Shown here piece after piece: positions 22,747-33,372 of a stretch of DNA of 64,000 nucleotides (within the stretch, counting starts at the first letter, position 1; each line of letters begins with the position of its first letter). The translations under genes and the position numbers were made by a program. The notes under the pieces were generated by a model. It ran no database searches. It worked only from the letters and a program-made list of their open reading frames with translations, and was not told the origin of the DNA. Source of the stretch: an uncultured Verrucomicrobiae bacterium. GTDB lineage: Bacteria; Verrucomicrobiota; Verrucomicrobiia; Chthoniobacterales; Chthoniobacteraceae. The stretch is taken from the NCBI GenBank assembly GCA_963769025.1, contig CAVYKI010000009.1, forward strand, positions 1,248,001 through 1,312,000, read 5' to 3'.

Positions 22747-23934
22747 CTATGCGATCGCAGCACGGGTCAGCCGAGCGGAAATCTTATCGCCCGGAGGAAT
22801 TTCCGGACTGTTCGAGGGGATGCGGATCAGCGCATCGAAACCGCCGAGGCCCGTGAGGTCGCCGGAGCTCTGCCATTTCAACGGGACGAAACCCGGCCCC
22901 TCGCTCTCCACGACAGCCGCGCGGGCCACCATGTCTCGCGGGCTGTCCTCGTATCGGTTTCGCGCCGCCGAGCGCAGCGTCGCGAGGCCGAACTCCGCTC
23001 AGCCGGTCGTGAGCATGTCGAGGGCGGCGCGGATCACGACGTGCCAGCAGACGACGTGCGAGAGCGGATTGCCGGGAATGACGAAGGCAATCTGCCGGCC
23101 GCGCGTGGCAAAGATGAGCGGTTTGCCGGGCCGGAGATTGAGCTGCGGAAAATGGACGCGAAGCCGAGCGCCTGCAGCGCCTTCAGGCCGAAGTCGTGGT
23201 CGCCCACACTCGCACCGCCGGAGAGGAGCAGCACGTCCCAGCTCTCGGGCGCTGCGACTTCAGCGTGGACATCAGCGCGGTGAAGTCATCGCCAGCGCGA
23301 TGCTGCGCGACGATCTCCGCCGGCCTCGGCGGTGAGCGCGCGCGACGAGCGTGGAATTGCTGTCGCGGATCTGCCCCGGCGCGGCGGCATCCGGCGGCAC
23401 GATTTCGCTGCCGGTCGCGACGTGCAAGATGCGCGGACGCGGCGAAACGAGCGGTTCACGTTTCCGAGCTGTGCGCAAAGGGAGAGTTCCGGCGCACCGA
23501 GGCGCACGCCGCGGTCGATCATCACGCTCCCGTCGCGCGCGTCCTCGCCGCGCAGGCGGATGTTTGTCGCGGCGTCGCGTTTCGCGAATGAAACCGAAGC
23601 GCCCTCGCGCTTGCGCGAGTTCCTGGATGACCACTTGCGTCGTGCCCGAGGGAATCGCCGAACCTGTAAAGACACGCGCGCATTCGCCCGGGCAAATGGT
23701 GCGATCCGAGACGGCGCCGGCCGGGAGCTCGGCGACGATGGGAAACGGACCCGTGCCGTCGCCGTTCACTGCGTAGCCATCCATCGCGGAACGATCGAAT
23801 GCGGGGATGTCCTCGGTCGCCACGAGCGTCTCGCGGAGCACGCGTCCGCGGGCTTCGGCGAGCGGCAGCCGCTCCGGTGCGAGAATGTGGACGTGCTCGG
23901 CAATGAGCGAGCGGGCTTCGGCGAGCGTGAGCAT
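22747..23934 (-). CDS. moeA: Molybdopterin molybdotransferase (frameshifts)
   Basis: [44 protein letters not shown]. Confidence 0.9.
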
Positions 23935-24079
23935 GATCGGGGGATGACTTGTGCCGTGTCGGTGCTCCGCGGGCGAATGGAAATTCCGGAGACGTTGCTC
24001 GCGAGCGCCGCAGCATGCGCTTGAAAATTCGCCGGATGAGGCGTTTTCAAAATGCGTTCGGGAGATACAGTGGTGCCGC

Positions 24080-24317
24080 ATGATTTCCGTCAAACTCCTC
24101 GCCTTCGCACAAGCCGCCGACCGGCTCGGCTGGCGGGACATGCTGGTGGAATGCGCGCCCGGGGAGACGCCGCGGGAGATTATTGCCCGTGTCGCGCCGA
24201 ACTTTGATCCGGGCACGGTGCGCGTGGCGGTGAATTGCGAATATCTCGACCTGGGACGATGCCGTGGGGCCGATGGCTCAGGAGCTCGCGCTGCTGCCGC
24301 CGGTGAGCGGAGGCTGA
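24080..24317 (+). CDS. moaD: Molybdopterin synthase sulfur carrier subunit (frameshifts)
   Basis: VKLLAFA, RVAVN.EY; C-terminal LLPPVSGG-stop. Confidence 0.9.
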
Positions 24318-24319
24318 CG

Positions 24320-24697
24320 ATGGACAGCGAGGTCATTTTCACGTCGGAGCCGATCCGCGCGCCGGAAGGACGCGGCCTCGCGCGAGATTGGTGCGGTCGT
24401 GGAGTTTCACGGGATCGTGCGTGAGCTGGAAGGCGAGGGCAAAATCGCGGGGCTTTCCTACGAGGCTTACGAGCCGATGGCGCGGAGCGAGTTTGAGCGC
24501 ATCTTCGCGGAGCTTTCCGCGATGCATCCGGTCCAGTCGGTGCTCGTGATTCACCGCCTGGCGCCGTGCCGGTCGGTGAGGCGTCGCTGTTCGTGCGCGT
24601 CGAGGCGAAGCACCGCGGGCAGGCGCTGGCGTTTTGCGGGACGCTCGTCGACCGGATGAAAGAGGACGTGCCGATCTGGAAATCGCCGATGAGGTGA
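24320..24697 (+). CDS. moaE: Molybdopterin synthase catalytic subunit (frameshifts)
   Basis: GAVVEFHGIVR, L.YEAYEPMA, IHRL, VPIWK. Confidence 0.9.
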
Positions 24698-24703
24698 GCG
24701 CTC

Positions 24704-24996
24704 TCACCGCTCGCGCAGCGAAGTGCGGCCTCCCCTCGCCTTCCGGAAGCGGTCGAACACTTCGTCGCAGCCGTCGGTCTTGAGCTGATGCACGATGCGG
24801 AGCAGTTCGCCGATGCGCCCGGCGGGCCAGCCTTTTTCTGGAACGCAGCACAGGTATTCGACCGGGAGGTCGAAGAGCGGCACGCCGTGCGGCGGGTAGT
24901 GCTCCGGGCTGTATTTTCCGAAGGGCATGAACGTCCCCGCGATGTCGCCGAGGTCAGCTGCCATCCAGTCGCGGAGATTTTCCTCAATGCGCTCAT
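24704..24996 (-). CDS. DUF3820-like small protein
   Basis: MPFGKY....L.DLP.EYL....KG.P.G..GELL pattern. Confidence 0.65.
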
Positions 24997-25194
24997 GCGG
25001 ATGCCGGAGGGTAGTGCGGCTGCGTTGCCGGGCGATGCGAAATGTGCGCGGTGCTGACTTGCGAGAGGTGGCGACGCTTATGACCTTTCGGGAGGCGGCC
25101 ACCCGAAGGCCGGGGCTCGCCCTGATATGTCCAGGATGGCACTCATCTGGCTTGCTTCAGGGTCGAAAGGACATCCAGTGCCCGAATAGTCTTC

Positions 25195-27746
25195 ATGCCA
25201 ACTGTCAGCCCCATCAGCGGCTCCGTCACCGAGCAGTATGCAGACGTGCCGACGTCGCGCTTTGCCCGGATCTTCGAGGCAACGACCGATGTCGTGGCAA
25301 TGACGGACCGGGATGGGAAGCTCCTTTACCTGAATGCCGCCGGTCGGCGGCTTCTCGGTGTGCCGGACGACGGAGATTTCCGGGCACACGCTGCGTGACG
25401 TTCATCCGGAATGGGCGTATGAGATCCTCGTCCAGGAAGGTTTCCCTCCGCCCAGGCGAAAGGCTCATGGTCGGGGAGACCGCGCTGGTTTCGACATCGG
25501 GCGCGAGTATCCGGTGCTCCAGGCGGTGCTCTCACATCTCGGCGCGCAGGGGGAGGTGGAATTCGTTTCGACGATCTGCCGCGACATTTCGGATCACAAG
25601 CAAAGGGAACTTGAACGCATCGAATGGGCCAACCGTTACAATGCGGCGATTCGCGCGAGCGGCCAGGTCGTCTTCGACTGGGACACGCTCTCCGGCGAAA
25701 TTATGTATGGCGGTGACATGGAGAAGCTCCTTGGCTTTTCCGTTGCGGAAATGAGCGGCGGCATGGAGCGTCTGCGCCAGGAGATCCATCCGGAGGATCT
25801 GGCGTCATTCGATGAGCGCATCGAAGTGGCGACGATGACGCGCGATCCATTCGATCAACTTCCGCGCGAAGCGCAAGGGAGGCGGCGGAGATCATCATTC
25901 ACGCCCAGGGTTGCTTCTTTCTGGATCGCCGGGGCAGCTCGGCCGGATGGTCGGCTTCCTCAAGAACGTGACGAAGGAGCGGCTGGCCCAGAGGGCGATT
26001 CTGTGGCCGAACGAACGGCTCGACCAACGGGTGACGGAGCCGGACCGCGGAACTCGCGAAGGCAAATTTGGAATTGAAAATCGGCGCGCTCCGGCAGGCC
26101 GCCGTCTCAAGGCTCGGACAGCGGGCACTCGCTGGGCAGTCGCTGGGCGAGCTGATGCTTGATGCCGCCAGGACCGTCCAGGAAATGCTTCCGTCCGATT
26201 GCACTTCGATTCTCCAATACGACGAGAGCGATGGAATGTTCAAACCTCTCGCGGAACTCGGATGGGGCGACATCGGCACGACCCGAAGCCCGATACTTGG
26301 AGGCACCCAGTCCATGAGCGGCTACACCGTGCAGGTAGGCGAAGCCATTGTCGCGAACGATCTGCGCAAGAACACGCTTCCAGCTCTCCGCAGCCGCCAG
26401 CGCTTGCATGTCCAAAGCGGCATCACGGCTTGCATCAAGGCGGGCGACCGTCCCCTCGGGGTTCTTGAATCCTTCACTTTCACGCCGAGGGAATTTTCGC
26501 GCGATGATGTGAGTTTCGTGCAATCCATTGCGAATGTGCTGACGGCGGCGATTGACCGCCATCAGGCGGAGGAAAACATCCGCCGCGCGCGGGCGGATGC
26601 AGAATCGGCGAACCGCGCGAAGAGCGAGTTTCTCTCGCGGATGAGCCACGAATTACGCACGCCGCTGAACGCCATTCTCGGTTTCACGCAATTGCTCGAA
26701 ATGGAGGAGCACACCGGGAAACAGAGCGAGAGCATCGAGCACATTTCCCGCGCCGGACGGAATCTGCTCGATTTGATCAATGAGGTTCTCGACATCGCGC
26801 GGCTGGATGCCGGGCGAGTCCAATTCAATGTGGAGCCGGTGGATGTCTTCGAGGTGTTGCGGGAGAGGTTTCATTTTCCACCTCCAGTGCCGCGAAACGC
26901 AAGATCACGCTGCGCATCGCCGAGGCGTCGGGCGAAGTGCCGTTTGCTCTCAGCCGACCGCGAACGGCTCAGGCAGGTGCTGCTGAACCTGCTGTCCAAT
27001 GGAGTGAAGTTCAACCATGACGGCGGCAGCGTCACCTTCGCCGTGGCGCGGATCCATGCGGGCACATGGCGCATCAGCGTGACGGACACGGGCATGGGAA
27101 TCGCACAGGACAAACTCGCGCGCCTCTTTGTGCCGTTTGAGCGACTGGGCACGCGCGAAGGCGGCACCGAGGGCGGCACCGGCCTGGGGCTCGCACTGTG
27201 CCAGCGGCTGATCACCAGTTTCGGCGGACGCATCGGAGTGACAAGCACCGTTGGAATGGGCAGCACGTTCTGGGTGGAATTGCCCGTGGCGGAAATCGCC
27301 CCGGAGCCTCTTCCCCGGAGCCGTCCGCACCCTTGCATGCCGGGGTTGCGCCATTGATCCCGGCCGGCCGGTCCCCGGAAAGTCCTGTACATTGAGGATG
27401 ACGTGGCGAATTACTATCTGCTCGAAAGATTTCTGAGCACGCGCAAGGACATTGAACTCATCTCGGCTCTGCAAGGCGGCATCGGGATCGATCTCGCGCG
27501 TCAACATCGGCCCGCGCTGATTCTCCTGGATCTGAATCTCCCGGACATGAATGGCGAGCAGGTGCTGCAGAAGTTGAGGGCCGATCCCGCCACCGCGGAT
27601 CTCAACGTGGTGACGGTCACAGGTGAAATCCGGACCGAGCGGGACAAGGAACTGCAGAACTCGGCGTGATGGAGACGCTGGTGAAACCTTACAAACTGAC
27701 GGAAATCACCGCGCTGCTGGAGCGCTCGCTCGCCGGGAAAGGCTAG
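25195..27746 (+). CDS. Cytoplasmic hybrid histidine kinase, PAS-PAS-GAF-HisKA-HATPase-receiver (frameshifts)
   Basis: PAS (LLYLNAAG, IHPED), GAF, ANRAKSEFLSRMSHELRTPLNAI, NLLSNGVKF, GTGLGL; receiver VLYIEDD...LILLDLNLP. Confidence 0.9.
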
Positions 27747-27835
27747 CGCCGCCGCGCATGGCCCGGAACAGCAGGAGTGCCACACGCCCGGAGGAACGCG
27801 GCACCCGTTGAAGGAAGCACTGCTTTCAGTTTCGC

Positions 27836-28398
27836 CTAGAGACGATCCGCACACCCACACGAACGGCGAAGTTGTTGATGTCACCGCGGCCGAACGCTCG
27901 CCGTGATAGTTCCAGCGCCAGTGCAGAAGATGCCGACCTTGTTCGGGACGACCCGGTGTTCGATGCCGACGCCGCATCGCCGACGGCCAATTGGTCGCCT
28001 TCCGCCGCGACACCGCCGCCGACGAAGACGTCCGGGGCGGTGCAGATGCTGTCGATGGGGATCGGTAGGTGAGGCTCGCACTGAAGTTATCGATGGTCGT
28101 CCGGCCATCGTTGCCGAGTAGGGAGCCTCGCTCGCCGACAGCCACGCAGCGTCGGCACCGAGGCCGAGGTTGCGGGTGAAGAAGTAGTTCAGGCCGATGC
28201 CGCCGCCGCAGCCGTGGTCGCGGATCGGACCGGCATGGTGGTTGGAATTACCGTCATGTCTGGCCGAACATGTCCAGCTGAGCTCGCCGGCGCGGAAGCA
28301 CTCCTTCTCGTCGACGACGGTCGTTTTTGCTTTCAACCGTGCGCGTGACCGCAAAAGCAGTCCCACAATGCTGCGACGGCGGGTAGGATGGTTTTCAT
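27836..28398 (-). CDS. Outer-membrane beta-barrel protein (frameshifts)
   Basis: Signal peptide; ECFRAGEL, GGGIGLNYFFTRNLGLG; alternating beta-strand C-terminus. Confidence 0.7.
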
Positions 28399-28794
28399 TG
28401 GTGGTTTGCGTTGGTGTTGTGTTTGGGTTTTGAAGCGCTGATGCGCCAGCGGTGGTAATCGGGGCGGGCCATCCCCGTCGGTCGTCCTTTATTTTCGTCC
28501 TTTTTGAGTGCCCCAAGCTCGCCCCTGCCGCGGACGGGTAAAGGAGGCGATTTGCTCCCCGCCAGGCCTGCCGCCGTAGGTATTGACCCGATCGCCAACG
28601 CTGCCGCCATACGCAGGCTTGCGCCCTCAGCCTCACAGAATTGGCCAGACAGAGAGGACTGCGCAGAGTGCGCGAAAGGCGGAACGCGGCCCCGGCTTCT
28701 CTTACATCCGTGAATGGACGACGACGATTTTGTCTCCGTCGATGGAACCCCCGCGACATCAACAAGAAGCCAACCATCACCCCAAAAAAACCCC

Positions 28795-28985
28795 ATGAAA
28801 CTGCTCCTCCAAACCACTGCCCTGTCCCTCTCGCTGATTGCCGCCAGCTTCGCCACCGACGTGCGGAATACCAAAACCACGCGGATATCCCCACGCCAGG
28901 CGAGCCCATGGCCAAGCCTGTGAATCCCGACGCCGGCAAAGGCGTCACCACCAATGGCGTGCGAAACACGAAGACCAACAAGTAG
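28795..28985 (+). CDS. Small secreted peptide, about 63 aa after repair of one indel near 28879
   Basis: Signal peptide MKLLLQTTALSLSLIAASFA; VRNTKT motif twice; C/A-rich leader. Confidence 0.6.
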
Positions 28986-29352
28986 GTTTTCGGCGAATAC
29001 CGTCGCCTCCGGGCAGTCGGAAGGCACCTTAAACGCGGGCGTCGCTCGCGGGTAAGGTGCCTTCCTGCATTTCAGGGCCACATCCGTAAGCGGACGGGAA
29101 CACGGAAAATTCTTCCTTCCCCTCTCCGCGACTCCCTCTTTCCTCCACCTTCTACCCCGTCTCCCCGCCCCCCGCCTCAATATCCGGGTTCTGTGCTGGT
29201 ATGGCGCGGCGTCCTTCCCAACTCCTCCAGTGAACGGCTTCCCTGCAAAAACCGCCTGTTTCCCGATGCCGGGAGGCCGCCTTTGCCGCTCGGGTTGCGG
29301 TTTCGGGCCGAAAATGGCGGTTTTCGCGGTCCCATTGCCGCCCCTGCCCGCG

Positions 29353-29600
29353 CCGGGGTGCCCATGAACGTCCCGGGGTGCCCATTCCCGGTCCCGGGGT
29401 GCTCCATCCGGCGGCGCGGGGTGTCCCATCGCGGCTCCATGGACGCCAGTCCCGCCGCCGGGGTGCTCCATGGGCCGGGCGGGGTGCTCACTACGCAGGC
29501 CGGGGAGGCGCACCGGCCCGGCGAGTGGGCACCCCCGCAGTGCCATGGGACACCCCGGCTCGCGGAGTGGACACCCCGGTCCGCGCACCCGGCACCCCCG
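29353..29600. repeat. Array in 21-bp phase: 8 direct units (one degenerate) then 4 inverted units, core CCGGGGTGYYCAY
   Basis: CGGGG(T/A)G at 29354, 29374, 29395, 29417, 29459, 29480, 29501; CACCCC at 29530, 29551, 29572, 29593. Confidence 0.85.
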
Positions 29601-29752
29601 AGACGCCGGGCGGCCGCATCCCACGCGACGCCCGCCGAAGGACGCCCGCGACAACGCGGCAGCGAAGTCGGCGCAGTCCAGACCTCGCGGCGGAAGTGGC
29701 TGTCCCTCGGTTCTGCGTTGCGTTCGGCGCTGGCATCCGTCATTCGGCGTTG

Positions 29753-31356
29753 ATGCAACTCGAAGGACGTTCCCTGATCGCCGGCAAAGCCGCGCCCGCC
29801 AACACGAAGACTTTCCACGCCGTCTCGCCGCTCGACGGGACGCGGCTGGAACCGGAATTCCACGAGGCGAGCGCTGCCGATGTGGATCTCGCGCTGCGGC
29901 AGGCGGAGGATGCGTTCGGCATTTTCGGCCGGATGCCCGCGGCTGCGCGCGCGGATTTCCTCGACGACATCGCGGCGGAACTCATGGCGCTCGGCGACGA
30001 TCTGCTGCAGCGCGCGCATGTCGAATCCGGACTGCCGCTGGAGCGCTTCACGGGCGAGCGCGGCCGGGCGTGCGGGCAGTTCAAGACCTTCGCGACGCTC
30101 ATCCGCGAAGGCTCGTGGGTGGACGCGCGGATCGACACCGCGCTGCCGGAACGCCAGCCGCTCCCCCGCCCCGATCTCCGCCGGATGCTCGTGCCGCTGG
30201 GCCCGGTCGTGGTGCTCGGCGCGAGCAATTTCCCCCTCGCGTTTTCCACCGCGGGCGGTGACGTGGCCTCGGCGCTCGCCGCGGGCTGCCCGGTGATCGT
30301 GAAGGCGCACCCGGCGCATCCCGGGACCTCGGAACTCGTCGCGCGCGCCATTTATCGCGCGATGGAAACCTGCAAGGTCCCGCATGGCGTATTTTCGCTG
30401 CTGCACGGCACCGGCGCGGATGTCGCGCAGGAACTCGTCCGCCATCCGCTCACGCGCGCGCTCGGCTTCACCGGCTCGGAACGCGCAGGCCGCGCGCTCT
30501 TCGACGCCGCCGCGGCGCGGCTCGATCCCATTCCCGTGTTCGCCGAGATGGGCAGCACGAACCCGCTTTTCATCCTGCCTGCGCGCGCTGAAAAACCGCG
30601 GCGCGGCGATCGCCGCAGGGACTGAAGGCGGCGTTCACCATCGGCGTCGGCCAGTTCTGCACAAAGCCCGGAATCGTGTTCGCGCTCGGCGGGCCGGACT
30701 TCGATGCATTCATCGAGGAGTTCCGCACGCAGGTCGCGCAGCACGGTTCCCGGCACGATGCTGCACCGCGGGATTCTGCGACGCCTTCCACGCCGGCGTG
30801 GAGCGCGTGCAAAATGTGCCCGGCGTGCTCCCGGTCGCGGAATCCGCCACCGATGCGGACGAGACGAAGACGCAGGCCGAGCCGGTCGCGTTTGCGACGG
30901 ACGCGGAGACCTTTCTCCTCCACCGCGAACTGCGCGAGGAGGTCTTCGGGCCGTACACGCTGCTTGTCGCCGCGCGGACCGTCACGCGAGCTCATCGCCG
31001 CCGCGCACGCGCTGCCCGGCCAGCTCAGCGCGACGCTGCATGCCGACGGCACGGACCTTGGCGATTTCAACGACCTTGTCCGCATCCTCGAACGCAAGGC
31101 GGGCCGCGTCCTGCTGAACGGCTACTCGCCCGGCGTCGAGGTGTGCCCGGCGATGCAGCACGGCGGGCCCTACCCGGCGACGACGGATTCGCGTTTCACG
31201 AGCGTCGGCACCGCGGCCATCGCGCGCTGGGCGCGGCCGCTCTGCTGGCAGGGATTCCCCGCGGGCGGCCTGCCCGAGGCGCTCCGGAATGAAAACCCCA
31301 CCGGGATTTTGCGGACGGTCAATGGAACCCTGACGCGCGATCCGATCGCGGGGTGA
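29753..31356 (+). CDS. NADP-dependent aldehyde dehydrogenase, 2,5-dioxopentanoate dehydrogenase-like (frameshifts)
   Basis: GASNFPLAFSTAGGD, KAHPAHPGTS, GFTGS, AEMGS.NP, GQFCTKPG, EEVFGP, HGGPYPATTD. Confidence 0.92.
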
Positions 31357-31404
31357 GAGCCTGCTTGCCATGCGGCCCTTCGCGGCCCTAAGCACCATCC
31401 CCTT

Positions 31405-31705
31405 ATGTTCAGTCACGTCGTCATCTTTTGGACCAAACCCGAAAACCCCAACGCACCCCGCCGAGCTGCTCGCCGGTGCGGAGAAATACCTGCGCCCGAT
31501 CCCGGGCGTGGTCAGCTTCCACGTCGGCAGGATGGTGACGAGCCCTCGCGCGGTGGTGGACCAGAGCTATCAGGTCGCGCTGAATCTGATTTTCGAGACG
31601 AAGCAGCAGCAGGACGACTACCAGGTGCATCCGCTGCACATCGATTTCGTGGAGAAGGTGTTCAAGCCGTGCTGCGCACGGGCGGTCATTTACGATTTCG
31701 AATAG
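31405..31705 (+). CDS. Dabb family stress-responsive A/B barrel protein (frameshift near 31455)
   Basis: FSHVVIFW, IPGV, YQVHPLH, IYDF. Confidence 0.85.
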
Positions 31706-31849
31706 GCGGCCCGGAAGCGTGCGGCGCCCGGTCCACGGCACTTGCTTTCCGCGCCCACGTGCGGAAACGTCCGCGCGCAATCGGCTGGCGCCGCGCCTGG
31801 GCCCCGGCGCGTTTCCTGCCATCGCCGGCCCGTGCCGCAACCATCATTC

Positions 31850-32653
31850 ATGAATTTTCCCGAAGCTGAGACGCTGACAAAACTCGCGCAGATCATCCTC
31901 ACGGACCTCGTGCTGGCCGGCGACAATGCGCTCGTCATCGCCCTGGCCACGCGCGCTCTGCCGACGAGGCAGCGGTTCTGGGGGCGGATCTTTGGCGCGG
32001 GCGGCGCGGTGGGGCTGCGGGTGCTGTTCGTTTTCTGCATCACGTGGCTGACGGCGATACCGGTCATCCAACTCGTCGCCGGGGTGGCGCTGCTCTGGGT
32101 GGCCTGGAAACTCGTCCGCCCTCAGGAAGCGGCGCTCGAGGCCGCGGCGCATCCCGAGCACGCAAAACGCCATGCAGCCCGTTCGCTCTGGAATGCGATA
32201 TACGTCATCATCGTCGCAGACATGATCATGAGCCTCGACAACGTGATCGCCATCGCCGGAATCGCCAAGGAGGGCAGCGCCTCTCCGCACGGCGAGATGG
32301 GCCTGGTGATATTCGGCCTGCTGCTTTCCATCCCGCTGGTGGTTTTCGGCAGCGCGCTGATCGCCCGCCTGATGAGCAACTACCGGTGGGTCATCTGGCT
32401 GGGCGGCGGCGTGCTCGGCCATGTAGCGGGGGAGATCATTTTCAAGGATCCGCAAGTGCTCCGCTGGCTGGGAATGCCGGCGACCTCCGGGATGTCCGGA
32501 ATCGAGGTGGACAATCTGCTCAAGCTCGCGCCCGCAAGCGTGAGCTGGCTGGTGCACGGCCTGCCCTGGGTGCTGGGCGCGGTGCTTTTCTCGCTCGGCG
32601 CGTGGTGGAGCCGGACGCACCATACGATCGCGGATGATTCCCAGCAGGCATGA
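31850..32653 (+). CDS. TerC/YjbE family membrane protein
   Basis: DLVLAGDNALVIALA, IIVADMIMSLDNVIAIAG, GLLLSIPLVVFGS. Confidence 0.9.
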   Translation: MNFPEAETLTKLAQIILTDLVLAGDNALVIALATRALPTRQRFWGRIFGAGGAVGLRVLFVFCITWLTAIPVIQLVAGVALLWVAWKLVRPQEAALEAAAHPEHAKRHAARSLWNAIYVIIVADMIMSLDNVIAIAGIAKEGSASPHGEMGLVIFGLLLSIPLVVFGSALIARLMSNYRWVIWLGGGVLGHVAGEIIFKDPQVLRWLGMPATSGMSGIEVDNLLKLAPASVSWLVHGLPWVLGAVLFSLGAWWSRTHHTIADDSQQA

Positions 32654-33321
32654 AGGAGAAGCCGGAAATCAAGCATCCCACGCCGGCTGAGGAGGTGATT
32701 GATCCGATCAGCGCGGACCTCCGTTCGCTCCTGGATGTCGCGCAGGGGGAGCCGATGTCACTTGCGCAAATCGAGGCCCATCTGAAGGACCGTGGCTATG
32801 CGCTCCTGGTGCTCTTCCTCGCAGCGCCCTTTCCGATCCCCAATATCCCCGGCCTGTCCGTTCCGTTCGGGATCGCCATCATGCTCATCGGCATGGCGTT
32901 CACGCTGCGACGCAGGCCGAAGCTTCCGGGGTTCATCCTGCGGAAAAAGGTTCCCTTCACGACGCTTCAAAAAATGATCCCGTTCATCGCGCGCTTCATG
33001 GAGCGCCTCGAACGTCACATGAAGCCGCGCCTGCAATTCCTCATCAAGGGGCCGGTCATGACGAGCATCTTCGGCCTCGGCATCGTGTCCGGCGGCCTTT
33101 TTCTCGCACTGCCGCTGCCAATCCCGCTGACCAACGGCCCCCCCGCGCTGTCGATTATTTTCCTGATCGTGGGCATGCTGTGCCGCGATGGCGTGATGGT
33201 CCTCATCGGCTATGCGCTGGGAATCATCGCGTGGGCATACCTCGCGGTCTGGATCTACTTCGGGGCCTACCTCATCCCGAAACTCCAGCTCCTCTGGGAA
33301 TCCATCAAACACTGGTTTTGA
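32650..33321 (+). CDS. Exopolysaccharide synthesis ExoD family protein
   Basis: RGY.LL...A.P, PGLS..FG, LPLPIP.TN..PA, RDG motifs. Confidence 0.85.
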   Translation: MKEKPEIKHPTPAEEVIDPISADLRSLLDVAQGEPMSLAQIEAHLKDRGYALLVLFLAAPFPIPNIPGLSVPFGIAIMLIGMAFTLRRRPKLPGFILRKKVPFTTLQKMIPFIARFMERLERHMKPRLQFLIKGPVMTSIFGLGIVSGGLFLALPLPIPLTNGPPALSIIFLIVGMLCRDGVMVLIGYALGIIAWAYLAVWIYFGAYLIPKLQLLWESIKHWF

Positions 33322-33372
33322 ACAAAAAGGCGTTTGCAATGCGCCGCCGGAACTGGTTGAAACCCCTCACCG

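Noticed and set aside
23935..24079. Moco riboswitch
   Set aside because: I could not recognise the conserved multi-stem motif; only a short inverted repeat is visible. An Rfam scan would settle it.
15864..24697. Mass pseudogenisation of the DUF1553/DUF1501 and Moco genes
   Set aside because: Catalytic motifs are intact and the lesions are almost all single-base indels, also seen in murA, which fits sequencing error better.
29353..29600. CRISPR array
   Set aside because: The unit is only 21 bp with 7-8 nt variable parts, cores are degenerate, orientation flips, and there are no cas genes in the window.
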